From positions 40,176,001 to 40,240,000 of the forward strand of contig CM060731.1 of NCBI GenBank assembly GCA_030704615.1: 64,000 nt of DNA, written 5' to 3'. The notes beneath the pieces are model-generated. The model saw only the letters and a list, made by a program, of their open reading frames with translations, was not told the DNA's origin and did no database searches. Positions 23,686 through 36,300 of this stretch are shown piece by piece. The number at the start of each line of letters is the position of its first letter. Within the stretch, counting starts at the first letter, position 1. Source of the stretch: Takakia lepidozioides. Its lineage: Eukaryota; Plantae; Bryophyta. A program made the position numbers and the translations under genes.

Positions 23686-26600
23686 CCGCACATGAATCCC
23701 ATGCCTCCTAAGTCTCCTCCCTCAGGAGCAGGAGGTGGACCATCCGGCCTTGGAGCCGGTACCACCTGAGCTGTGGCCATGGCAGCGAGCCTCTGCTCTA
23801 GCTGCTGAAGCCGGTTGGCCATGCCTTGGTCACCACCCTGACCTCCGCGTCCTTGGCCATCTTGAGCTTGCCCTTGGCCTGCACCTCGTGTCTGGCCACC
23901 TCGACCTCTCTGGGCTGCTCCACCTCGCCCCCGGCCACCATTGTTCCCTTGGAACTGGCCTGGGCGCAACTCAGGGTGCAAACCATAGCACTTGGCCTCT
24001 CCATGCCCGTACTTGCCACAATACCCATACTGCAACTGTGCAGGGTATATCAGTGCCAAACCATTGCCTCCCTCTGGACAATCTTTCTTGACATGGGGTC
24101 CTCCACATGTCCAACACACCACATCCGCCCGTTGTTGGCTTGCAAATGAAGGGAGAGACCCCTGCATCTGAGGTCATCTCAGTCATGCCCTGGGCTTCAC
24201 CTGAGCTCCATTGTTGCCTTGAGCACGTTGAGGTAGTGGCTGGCTAGGAGCACCACTACCCCGTGATGCCTCCTTAGCAAATCCTACCATGACCACTCGT
24301 TCCTCCACCATGTTGAGCTCTATCCGCTCTGCCAGCAAAAACACATTTGCTAAGGTGGGTTGGGCCGCTTATAGGAGAGTTGCATTCCGCACCCTTCTCC
24401 TCAGCTCCTTGTCCAATATCCCATACCAGAATTGGACTGCCGGAGCCTCCGTAACCCCTTGGATTACATTAATCAAGCGCCTCATGCGAGTGAAAGCCTC
24501 CCTCAAGCTCTTAGTAGGCTTCCGTTGGAACTCTTGCAAGCTCCTCAACTTCTCTGTCCTCACCCCTTGGTAGTTCCTTCTCAACTCTTCGAAGAACTCC
24601 ACAACAGGGTTGAAGGTAGGCACTGCCACTGGTGCTAGTGCAGCAGTAGCTTGGGTGGACGTCGTAGTTGTTGTACCACTAGTCCCACTACTGCTCATGG
24701 AAGCTGCCGGTATGGCTGCTGCCCTTGTCCCTCTAGTGATGGAGACATAGTCGGGTGACCAGTACATCCTCCACTCCTCGATCTCAACATCGTGCCCCCG
24801 CCTAAACTCATGGTAATCATCCATGGGCGGCCCCTCAAGGTGCTGAAACAACCCCTTCTATGCCATGAAAGGCGTAAACAGTTGTGGATTGCACATTTGC
24901 TGCAAGTCACACCAACTATCAAACTCTTGAATGAAATCATCCAACTCAATGGTGCCCACCGCCCCAGAGTACCTACGTGGCCCATTGGTGGCTCCATACA
25001 TCTCCTCCATTGTGTCCCACAACAATGACAAAGAAACAACTTGCACCGCCGGTGTGAGTCCTCCTGATTCACAATCCGAATCAGAACCTTCCGTAGAAGA
25101 CATATGACGTGAAGGTGGCCTAAACCGCACACCTCGTCTCGTATACCTGCTAGTATCGCTAGTGCTCGTACCGGCACTTTCCCCAACAACTAGTGGGCAC
25201 CTCCGTGTGGACAAACTAACACTCAACCGGTCATGAACATGTCTCTAACCCCCCCTCCACAAGGTATCCGAGTAGAGAACCTGATGCGGCTTATGGTTTG
25301 GAATACTAGGTTCATAACATAGCCTGCACCTGCACCTGCATCCACCGCAGGCACTCCTATGGTTGGCTGGTCATCACCTCCAACCTCACCACATGAGAAA
25401 CAAAGATGGTCTGACTAGTCATCAACCCAGCCTCACCATTGACAACATGCTCTAGGGTTGGATTGGCGATCAAGCCCGAGTCAACCACCTATAAAATCAA
25501 GCGCCCACACAAAACTAGCATGGCGCACAATCAAACATGCAGGTGTGGAGGGGATCCAAACACAAGAATGAAAACAACAACTCCCCCACACCAAAAACAA
25601 CTCCATAGTGTCGCTCCTGCAACCCAGCCCAAACCCGGACTGACTCTTGCCTCCACCTACTGAAAGGTCTCGGCATACAGAGAAGGTGGAAAGCTACGAG
25701 GAAGGGAAACTAAAGCAATGCCTATCCCCAGCACGCGCTCATCCCAACACCCTCTTTTTTCCTCTCTTCTCTCACTTGCATGACCATGAGAGCATGCTGT
25801 AGACATTCCTCAAACCGCCTGTCGCGCACCTCACTTCGGTAAGCTCCCCTTCAAGTCATAGTTACTCGCTTTGGTGCGCGCGCCTAACTCCCTAACTGGC
25901 CACCGGGCCAACTCGGAGCTTCGGCTGCTCACCGGGACATAACGGTCCCCCTTTACTCCTCCACAAGACCCTCTCCCAATTTGGGCCTAGTGGAAATTCC
26001 CTTTGGTCGATGGCAGTCCGGAATAGCTCCCCACACCTTGGTCGCTTTCCGGCTCGCACGCTTACTCACTAGTTTTTGGTCACCAACGGGCTTGCACCGT
26101 TCTCGGGGTTACTACTCCCTATATATACTTCTGTGACTGTCCGCGGGGGTTTCACAAACAACACCACCATTTTATGGCAAACCACCACGAAAACCCTCGA
26201 TTCCCGGTGATGAGTCGTGGTGAGTCTTGGCCCACCCACCACGGTCCCCTTGGACCATGATGAGTCCCAAGACTCCCCACGACTCCCACCACAAGGTCTC
26301 CGCCCCCATGGTGAGTCCTATGCCACCCCCACTAAGTCCCACTAAGCTACTCAAGGTTGCTTCAGCCCCTTGCTGCCACCGCCCCCACCATAGGGGCAGC
26401 CCCTCTGCGTCCCGACCCCCCTGCCCTCAAGGCAAAGGGCCACGACACCGCCCTCCACGAGCTCATGAAACTTGGCCTCCAAGGCCCCATGCAAGCCTCC
26501 ATAGGGTCCGCCAGTGCCTCCTCTTGTCCACCAGTCATTCCTTAGAATGGAACCACCTCAGGAAACCATGCCGTTCACTGAAGGTTCAAAAATGGAGCAA

Positions 26601-28416
26601 ATAGAGGTACATATAGGCCCCAACAACATTCTGTCCAAAGGAATTACCTGCAGGTTGGTCTTCCCCATAGTTAAGAATTGGGCTGAAAACCCGAAAAGAT
26701 TACCTGCAGGGAAGTAATCCCATTTGTTAAAACGCAACAGAGAGGCAATTCCGACTTTTCTGCCGGATCAGCTAGCTCAAAACCGTTGTTCTTCAGAGCC
26801 CAGCCTCCCCATCAAGGTCCCACGAAACGAGTAAAAAAAGATATATATATATATATATATTTTTCACTCTAACTGTTCGCGGCCTTCCGTGGCTCCAACC
26901 GTCACGACTCCTCACGGCCCGCCCTAGGCACTCGTTGGCCACGGGCTGCCCCGTGATACCCCGTGGTAACCACTCCCACGAGCCTTCACGGCCCGCCATC
27001 CCCACGATCTGGTCACCGTGCCCACCCGTTGTGTCCGCACCACGACTTCCAACGGTCAACGTCCAACGGTCACGGTCAACCATCACGACCTGGGCTCGTG
27101 GTATCTCGTGATACCGCCCCAACGGCCCATCACGACCACTATTCCCTACGTTCCCTAGAACTCCCAACGAGTTATCATGCGTTCTCGGGCGTTCCCACGC
27201 GTTCCCGAGCTCTTCCCGAGCTGGGGTTTGCTCCTGCACATGTTGCCGACGAGCTATGGCTTCTGCGGAGCCATCAGCCCCATTGCCCTGCACTCCTGAG
27301 CTCTCACGGCCCACTAGAAGCGCCCCCAACTCAACAAGCAAACAATATGCTGCCCAACAAGCTCCATTTCTTCATGAAACTCACAAAAACGAATCTGAAA
27401 ATACACATCTTTACAAACTTGGTGCACCTGCACTTCTCATGCATATCCCCTGGCTCTAGGGTGCCTCGTTGCTGCCCTTCCAGCCCCGCTCTTGCCACTC
27501 CAAGAGCCCTTACACTGCTGAGTTTCAGATTGAAACTCCAACTCAACACATGCACTGATTTGCACACAAGAGGGACCAGCCCCCTCTCTTCACTCATACC
27601 TCTTCATGAGCTTGGAGCTAAAGCTCCCAACGGGCTGCGATGCATCCCCTCGCAGCTCCACCATTCGGCTGCTCCTCATCTACCCGCAACAACTAGTTTC
27701 GGATAGAAATACCTGGAGCTGATCATATCATCTCCAACCTGCAACACGCTAGTTTCCCATGCACAGCCCACATTTCTGCAGCTCCTTAACTCGGCATACA
27801 GCTGAAGAAGACGATCACCAGTTCGTCCACTCGTGGCCAACATCTCCTCCGCTTCACACTAGAAGCCCAAACTTGGTTGCTATAGTGTTGAGCTATGCAA
27901 CGCCGCTCTTCAACATAGGCTACCCGCCTCTCTATCTATGGCAAACCTGCAACCTGTTCGCCTTTGCACTCTATCCGCTTTGGATAGGCTTATGCACGGC
28001 TCCCTGCACTCTAGGCTGAACCGCTTTTCGTCATCTGAAAATAAAAGTGCTACAACTAATTCGAACCTGGCACTCACAGACTCAAGCTGATCTTTCTCGA
28101 GTGATAAGGAAAGGAATGATACAAGCACACAAGCTTTCTCAAACTCACATACTTGCACATGAAAACATCACTCATATATTAAGTCGAGCCAAGTGCACCC
28201 CACGCCATGGGGAATCCACATCGGCGCCATAGCTAGACGCGGTGAGGCTCAACTCAAGAAAGATGAGCCCACCGCGACCTGCCGTGAAGATAACAACGTC
28301 AGGTGCCCAAACATGTATTGGCCCCTGGATTGACACTTGGGTCAATCCCAAATGTCAATATATAAAAGCTAGCTATTTCCTAGCTAACTTCACACTAGTG
28401 GTAAAATAACTTGACA
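23686..28416 (-). mobile_element. Second, 3'-truncated and diverged copy of the same retroelement family (A repeat + leader + gag)
   Basis: A-repeat homolog at ~28102-28416 ending ttgaca. Gag at 23686-25226 closely resembles 16420-17969, with stops and frameshifts. It breaks off after gag. Confidence 0.85.
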
Positions 28417-28439
28417 AACATTTCGCTTCATATTGACTA

Positions 28440-28810
28440 GGATAGCCTCTGTCGTTGGTCCATGTGTCCAATGTCATCTAAGTCCAAATGCAATCCTCTC
28501 TGTATCCAAGTGCGTCTCCTATGTCGAGGCCCAAATGCGACCTCTAGGGTAGCATGTGCCGTGGGCCCAAGTGTCAAGTGTCATCTGAGTCCAAGTGTAA
28601 GATCTTCTATATATCGCAGTGCATCTCCTATGTTGAGGCCCAAGTGCGACCTCTAGTGTAGCCTATGACGTTGGCCCATGTGTAAAAAATTAAAATCTAA
28701 GTCCGAGTGCTATCTCCTATGTATCAAAGTGCGTCTCCTATGTTGAGGCCCAAATGCGACCTCTAGGGTAGCATGTGCCGTGTCCAATGTCATCTAAGTC
28801 ATCTAAGTCT
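28440..28810. repeat. ~110-bp tandem repeat, about three copies
   Basis: tgcgtctcctatgt(c/t)gaggccca..tgcgacctctag recurs at 28511, 28620 and 28730. Confidence 0.75.
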
Positions 28811-28939
28811 AATCATTATTTTTCCACAGAGCCTACAACCAGATTTGAACCGGAGACCTTTTCTTTGATATCCCTCCCATCGAAGCTCCGATCATTGTGC
28901 CAGGAAAGCCCACTTTCCTATTTTTTGCGAATTTCCAGC

Positions 28940-29470
28940 GACCCAAAGTACTTGAAATTCGACAAAAATCATGAGACCAAGCCCGTGCACCCCTCCTCAC
29001 CTAGGGCTTTTCAACGGTACCAAGCACCAGGGCTGGGGCCGCGGTTTGGGACATCTCCACGTGACGAAACAAAACAAACAAAACAAACAAAACAAAACAA
29101 AACAAAACAAACGTCTCTCTTCACATATTGATCTTGCTTGAAGGTAATCCTCAAGCCCTAAATCTTTTGCTGGCTAGTGAAAATAAATTGGACTTATTTG
29201 TTAGTAACTCTTATTCCTCCATAACTGCCCCGGGGTGAAACTCTGTGCACATGTACATATTCATTTCTGTGCCCAAAAAGGCCATACTAGTACATATTCC
29301 AAAAGCCCGGGACAAGATTCTCTAGCCCAGGACAAGATTCTAAAATTCCTTAAAATATTCTCTAGCCCAGGCCAAAAGTTTCGAATGTTCGTATAAATAT
29401 GCTCTAGCCCGGGCTTAATACTCCAAAAGCCCGGGACAGATTCTAGAGCCCGGGCTTAAGATCTGGATAA
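28940..29470. repeat. Interspersed repeat end with (AAAC/AAAAC)n tract, followed by ~20-bp ctagccc(g/a)ggacaagattc subrepeats
   Basis: Microsatellite at 29067-29112 and short tandem motif at 29300-29460. Family not identifiable. Confidence 0.4.
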
Positions 29471-31499
29471 GATTCCCATCCCAAGGATTTGGATGAAAAA
29501 CATGAGTCATTAGTTGACCTTGGGTCATATACTTCGTGTATATCTAAACATATACAATGATATTTCTCCTGTATTAGTACACCTAAAGTACGTGTATTGT
29601 TGAGTTGGAGTTCGCTGCCCCAACAGACAAGACTCTGGTTTTGGGCTTTTCTAAAGGTACTCGTTTGTCCGTCTCCCGTGACTATGGTTAATCCAGCATT
29701 CCGGCTTTCTTCACATAGGCCTGAGTGGAAAGGTGCGGAGCCTTTGATCTGGCAATTTGAACTGGAAGCTGGAGAATGTAAACAGGGCTGTCCAGCTGAT
29801 GATGCACATACTGAAGAGTCTGTGAGCAGGCTGTAGCAGGTGCTTGTGGGTTACTCAATATGTCTGTGACTCTCATATTCACCCCGGCAGCACCGCACTG
29901 CTAGCGTAGAACACCTGCTAACGGCTTAGCAAGCCTAGCAGCTGCTCCAACGAAGACAATGCCTGCCGCACAATGCACTGCCGCACAATTTCTCTATGGA
30001 CAGTCTTAATCATTGACACCTGCTCTCATTGTCCTGAGGCCTTGCCGCACCTTCCAAAGCTCCATGCCGCAGCTGCAGTTTCCATATATCTGATCATCTG
30101 TCTGCTTTCGCTTTCTTACAATCTGTATGCCCTATAACTGTTGCCCTGTTCCTTGTAGAGGAGCTGAACTCAGAATTGCTACCGTTTTTTTTGTGGGCAT
30201 TTTGGGTGGCAGGCACGGTTAATTCACTCAATAGTGAGGCTAAGAAATTTTGACCACTACTATACCAGAAACTGTGAAAATGCTCCAGATTGCTGTTATA
30301 TCAAAGTAATAAAATGTCAACTTCCCTGTTCTAGCCGTATGTTTTTGCAGATTCATTATTTGTGCTTGTCAGTCTTTGTCATCTGGGTTTCTAATAGATG
30401 TCCAGGGACTTGTGAGGACAGGCCTGGTGTGTTGGTTTGTTTGAATGGATGGTATTCTGCCACTTCTATTCACTGCAGTCTGTCCCAAGGCTGTTGTCAA
30501 CAATGTGTTTTGACATTCCTGTGTCAGGTTGTTTTAGAGCCCTTTACCAAGACTGGAGGACGAGCCTGGATCTCTTCACAACAAAGATGCCATTCATTAG
30601 TTCTGTAGAACACATCTTCAAACTTTCTATTGAATTGATTTTAGGACCAGAAGGCTATATCTAGCTTGCAATTTTGGCTTGGTTCTAAGGAATTGTAGTG
30701 TGCAGGGGGCCTTGCAGAGAGGTCCTGTTGTTCGCCTTCGCCATGTTGGGCGCTTCATTTTTTCCCAAACTACCCTTTCTTTCACAGAACTGTCCAGTCT
30801 GGTAGCACCAATTTTGCCCTTCAATGAAGCTAGCTCCAGGAGACCAATCGAGTAGATTCAACTGGTGCTCGACCCTCGCTCTCAGAGAGTCACGACCCCA
30901 AGCTCTCAGAAAACTGGAGAATTCTCTGCTTTCTCAGAGATCTACATCTGCAAATTGAGCTCACAACAGTGCCACTAATTAAATGTGCCTTATCAGAAAC
31001 AAGATTTACTGGAAATTTATGTGGGTTGTGAAACAAGTAGGATGACCATCACTTTTTCTGAGTTTTAACTAACTACTAACTAGGGCCTCTTCACTTGAGG
31101 CTTTCCAGTGAGCACATGCATGTTTATGCACCAGTGTGGATCTCTGTGCATAAATGTCATATGATACAATTGACAACACAGCAGATGCAGTAGCCTTGCC
31201 GATGTGTACTCCAGCTCTACTGGTGGAGAGAGATCTGTGGAGATTCCAAAGGGGAAGGTTCAAGTGATTGAGCTCGTTAAGGGTAGCTTACTCGACGAGT
31301 GTGCATGCACATTTCACGATACAGAGCTGGAGGTAACCTGTTGGCACAGGACCTTCCCACATGTAATGGTGCCCCCCTACAAGATACCTTGAGATTAATG
31401 ACAGGACCTTAGTACCTATTCTTTTCATATTGATAAAATACAGTATCCCATGCAACAGATCAAACATTCAATTGAGCAAGCCAGATATGAGAGGGCAAA

Positions 31500-31745
31500 C
31501 TCAGAAACTGCCACTAAAAAAGGTAGCCTCTCAAGCTTGGTGGAATCCAACTTATGAGGGCTCCCGGGGAGGCTCCGCATTTCTGGTCTCTTCCTCCCTT
31601 CTGCCTTCTGTCTCCTCAGTTGATTCATGGGTTTTGGGCAGAGTTCAATGTCTTTTCATTGACACTCCCAATCATGCTGGGATGCTTGGGATTATCAATG
31701 TCTATGCTCATAATTCTTCCCTAGACAGAGCCCAGCTCTCCTTTG
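31500..31745 (+). pseudogene. L1-like APE endonuclease fragment
   Basis: [29 protein letters not shown] resembles LINE endonuclease motifs (GGxAxL, GR, INVYAPN). Confidence 0.5.
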
Positions 31746-31824
31746 GCCTCCTTTTGGTAAGTAAAGTGTGTTCCTTTCTGCAGTATTGCAGGATGAGCTC
31801 ATTCGCGGGACTTACTGTCGAAAA

Positions 31825-31965
31825 CGAGTCCCAGGACTCTGGCTCCAATGCACTTGTGGGCTCACCAAGGAGAAGAATTGGTGCGTTCTTCAAAACTGCC
31901 CGCGCAATTGCAATTCTAAGTCGCTGGCCTGCACTAAGTTGCAAACCACGCATTCCAATGTGTGT
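31825..31965 (-). pseudogene. ABCB transporter NBD fragment
   Basis: [43 protein letters not shown] is an ABC signature plus Walker B with D>G. Isolated fragment. Confidence 0.75.
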
Positions 31966-33307
31966 CATAACCATATGGCAAACTACAAATACAATGGTGT
32001 GCATTAGCAATTCTTGATGCTTCAGTAATGTCACCCTATGTCTGCTTGAAAAGGTCATTAGAGAAGCCGACTCCAGCCCACTCTGAAGTGCAGAAAACGC
32101 AATGGTGACAATATTCATGCTACTGTTGCGTGATGCCTGTCAATCATAACAGATCATGCACATTAGATGTATACCCAAGCTTTAATCCTTTGCCAGGCCA
32201 TGGACTTGTAGCCATGGATACAGCTAGACAGATCTCCCCTCTATGGTGGGTGTCAATTTTAGTGTGCCAGCATGCTCTGTCCAACCGGCCAATAGTATTG
32301 TCCAAGATTGAAACTTGTTCAATACAGTGACATTGAGTAGCCGTTGAGTAGCCATTTAATATCTTTGTGTGGTTCAGGGAATAAGAAGAGGACAAGCACA
32401 ATTTTGATATAGGGCTTGATTTGTACCAGATGAGCACAGAGTCCAGGAATGCCAAAAACTTATTGCCAACCACACTATGTAGCCCGCTGTAACATGCACC
32501 TCCTCCACATCAAAACAAAAAGGATTCCTGTCAAGTGTCTCATAATTCATACTATCGGTTCTCAGGTGCAACAAAACTGCCATCAGTGAGCACAACTTGG
32601 GGCTGATGAGCCGAGCATGTCTAAAAGCCTTCACAGAATTACCACAAATGTTTAAAACAATTCCAACAAGATGGAAGGCCACTTAATGGAAGGCCATTGA
32701 ATGGAAGACAAAGCAATATGAGGCTGTCCTCAACATCCAGCTAAGCCTTTCACCTGACTGAACTGTGCTCATGTAGCATCCGTAGAGGGCCATCAAATCC
32801 TATTGAAAGAAAGCACAATTCGCATAGGGAAAACAAGTAACCAGTCTGGGGTACAGAGAAAGCTAAAATGTCCACTCTTTGAAAGGTTATAGCCAGACAA
32901 GTTTGAATCCAGAGTTCTAATCTTTAATCTTCTAAACTTGCTGGGCTTTTGGAATCAAGAATATTCCATATCCCAGGATAGTACACGAGTATGGCCTTTT
33001 TGGGCTTCCGTAGCGAAGAGGCGAAGTGCCCCTATCGAGCTTATGCATGTGGGATGGCAATCTGGACAGTAGAGCATCTTCGGGAGGTTTTGAAGTATTT
33101 AGACACGATGTGGCTTTCTCTTCCGCTGCAGCGACATGGTGTCCGAACTTAGTACCGAACTTAGTAGTGGGGCGGCTTTCAGTGGGTGATGGGTTACAGT
33201 GACCCTCATTCTTACCTCACACCTGCTGTTGCAATCGTGTCTTGCATCGGGGTTGGAAATACACGGACCAAATATATCTATTGCCTGTTTGTTGCTCACC
33301 TGCGAGG

Positions 33308-36300
33308 ATGGCAGAGTCTTCCGTCGTTCTCCTGAGCGCGCATGCCGACTTTAAACCCAAGGTCCTGTCCACTCGCTTCAGTCATGCGGGAGGCCTCGCA
33401 TCATGCAGCGGATTGAGGGGCTGGGCTGTGGAGCTGAAAAAGGCATCCCACTTCGCATTTGGCAGAGGACGGAGTCCCTTGCATGTAGTTGGCATGGCGC
33501 CTCGCCAACCTCCAGGGATGCCATTCAAATTAGGTAACACTTTGCGGTTTCGCTTCTTGGGTTAGCCGCCTTGTGTGTGCAGTAGGATGGGCTTGGAATT
33601 GCCTTCTGAGCAATTCAGTATAAACAAATGTACTCTGGGTAAAGAAGCACGAAAGCACAAGGGATAGCTAGACAAGGCTGATAATTGGCATTTCTTGCAC
33701 TTAGGTCTACTCTGGAGCATGGAACAGCGCTGGCATGAGTTCTATAATGATCCTTCACAATGGTGGGAAATTAGGATGAGTAATGTCTTTGCCTGGAGTT
33801 TGCAAGGTACTGGGGAGGGTTGAGACTGTGGCTGCTCAGCTGCTCCCTGGTCGTTTCCACAGACCACTCCAAAATCTCCAGACTACAAACATAAGCAGCG
33901 CACACAAGAGGGCTTGTGGATGGAGGGTTGGTTCAATCCTCCTTGGGTGAAAGAAAAAGTAGTTTCTATGCCACAAGATCGAGAACAGTCTGGTGATCAT
34001 GGAAAGAAATCAGAGTGCAGTTCTGATTCTGGTGTAGATGGTGGAGCTTCTTGGAAGCTTGCAGATGAAAGTGAGTATGACTCACAGTGATCTGATTAGA
34101 GGGGCAGCCTTGTCATGCACAAGCTTGTTTAATATATAAGTTTGGACGTGTTGGTATGTTCGACATTGTGTAGAGTCCAATGGAGCCCAATATTGCATGA
34201 ATATTGTTGAAAGCTACAATAGCACTCCTCCACAAAGGAACCGGTCAAAGTGTTGATGCTGTCCAAGTTTCGGGCACAAAGGTCTACTGTGGCGCATGGA
34301 GCAGCGCTGGCATGTGTTTTTTAAAGATCCTTCTCAATGGTGGGACAACCGCAATGGCAAGGTGTGGCTTTCTTAATATACGATGTGACGAAGTTTGTGC
34401 ATTCTGCAAAAGTGGGCTTTTCCTGTCACCATGATTTGTTCTTTTCCTGGTGTTTACAAGGTACTGGGGACGGTCTACTTGGTCTTAGGCTGCTGTGTTG
34501 AAATCTATTCAGCTGCACTATGGTGGTTCTCACAGACCAATCGGAGATCACTTGACTACAGACACAAGCAGCGCAAAGAAGAGGTCCTTTGGGTTGATGG
34601 TTGGTTGAATCCTCCTTGGGTGAGAAAAAAGCTAGGTGCTTTCATGACACAAAATCAAGGACAATGTGGTAAGGGCATCTTCTTCTTCAACACATTTCAG
34701 CCTGTTTTGTCCTCTTATCAGAGTCGTCCCTAATTTTTCAAGTTGAGCTCTGCGAGGTAGCTCGTCGGGTGGATGTATGGTGGTTTGGAGTGATTTTGAC
34801 ATGTTACTGCCATTGTGGCAATAGGCAATCCTCCAAAAACAGAAAACAGAGATGAGGAGAAGCTTTGGAAGGAATATTTTCTGGACCCCAGTCAATGGTG
34901 GGACAATCGAAGCGAAAAGGTGAATGCCTGTTAAATTACAGAGAAGATGCTTTGCAAAGCTTTCTTGGAAATTATCATCCTCCCTCTCTCTAACAGCACA
35001 TCTGTGAAGTCCTGGTAGTAATGTAGCATAGGAAATAGTATGTGGTAAGGAGGTTTCAAGTGTTTTAGGTTGTAATTGTCAGTTGCTAGCAGCAAGGGGA
35101 GGATCCATGCATTATTGGTGCCGAGGCAGGGATAGCTGAAGGAGGAGGGATGGAGTGTGGGTCCAGATTCATCCAAGGGGGCCGGATTTCAAGAACAATA
35201 TTACCTATGAATCCCTGTGGATTCATAGCTACAAGGAACCTGCATGGGTAGATGGTCAACTGGAAGTAGCACTGGCGGCCCAGTTGATAGAATCAGGCAC
35301 CTCCACCATGGCCACAGCTTCCAAAACAGGACCAAAAAAGGGAATCCATAATACCTCTTCTGGCACTTCCGGGCATGTGAGGATGCGTCAGGCAGGGCAA
35401 CTGAAAGAGGCTCTAAATATTTTAAACCAAGGAGGCATTTCAGCAGATTCAGAGACATATGTCTGTCTCTTGCATAAGTGCATAAAGATGAAAAGCCTGA
35501 AAGCCGGAAAGCAGGTGCATTCTCACATTATCCACAGCGGATTCAAGCCAAACATTTTTCTTCACAACACCCTTGTTAACATGTATGTTAAGTGCGGGAG
35601 TATTTTGGATGCACACCGAGTATTCAACAAAATGCCCGAGCGCAGTGTGATCACGTGGAATATTATGATGGCAGGATTTAATAAGCATGGGTGCGGCAAG
35701 AATGCCTTGGAGACATATGAGCAAATGATAGGGCAGGGTGTAAAGCCCAACCACATCACATTTGTTTGCGTTTGCAATGCATGTGCGAGCCTGGCAGCCC
35801 TGGAAGAGGGCAAAGAGGCCCATGGTGCCATCACCAAAGTGGGAATTGTGCCTGATGTCATTCTGAACACTGCCTTGGTGGACATGTATGCCAAATGTGG
35901 CAGCATCGAGGATGCAAAGGGAGTTTTCAACAATATGGCTGAACGAGATGTGGTGTCCTGGAACACGATGATCACAGGATATGCACTGCATGGGTGCGGA
36001 ATGGAGGCTTTGGAGACCTATGAGCAAATGATGCGGCAAGGGATGAAGCCGGACCAGGTCACATTTGTTTGCGTTTGCAATGCGTGCGCAAGCCTGGCAG
36101 CCCTGGAAGTGGGCAAAGAGGTCCATGGGGACATCATCCAAGCAGGAATTGTACCAGATGTCATTCTGAGCACTGCTTTGGTGGACATGTATGCCAAATG
36201 CGGCAGCATCGAGGATGCAAAGGGAGTGTTTGACAATATGGCCGAACGAAATGTGGTATCCTGGAGCGCAATGATCGGAGGATATGCCCAGCATGGCTGC

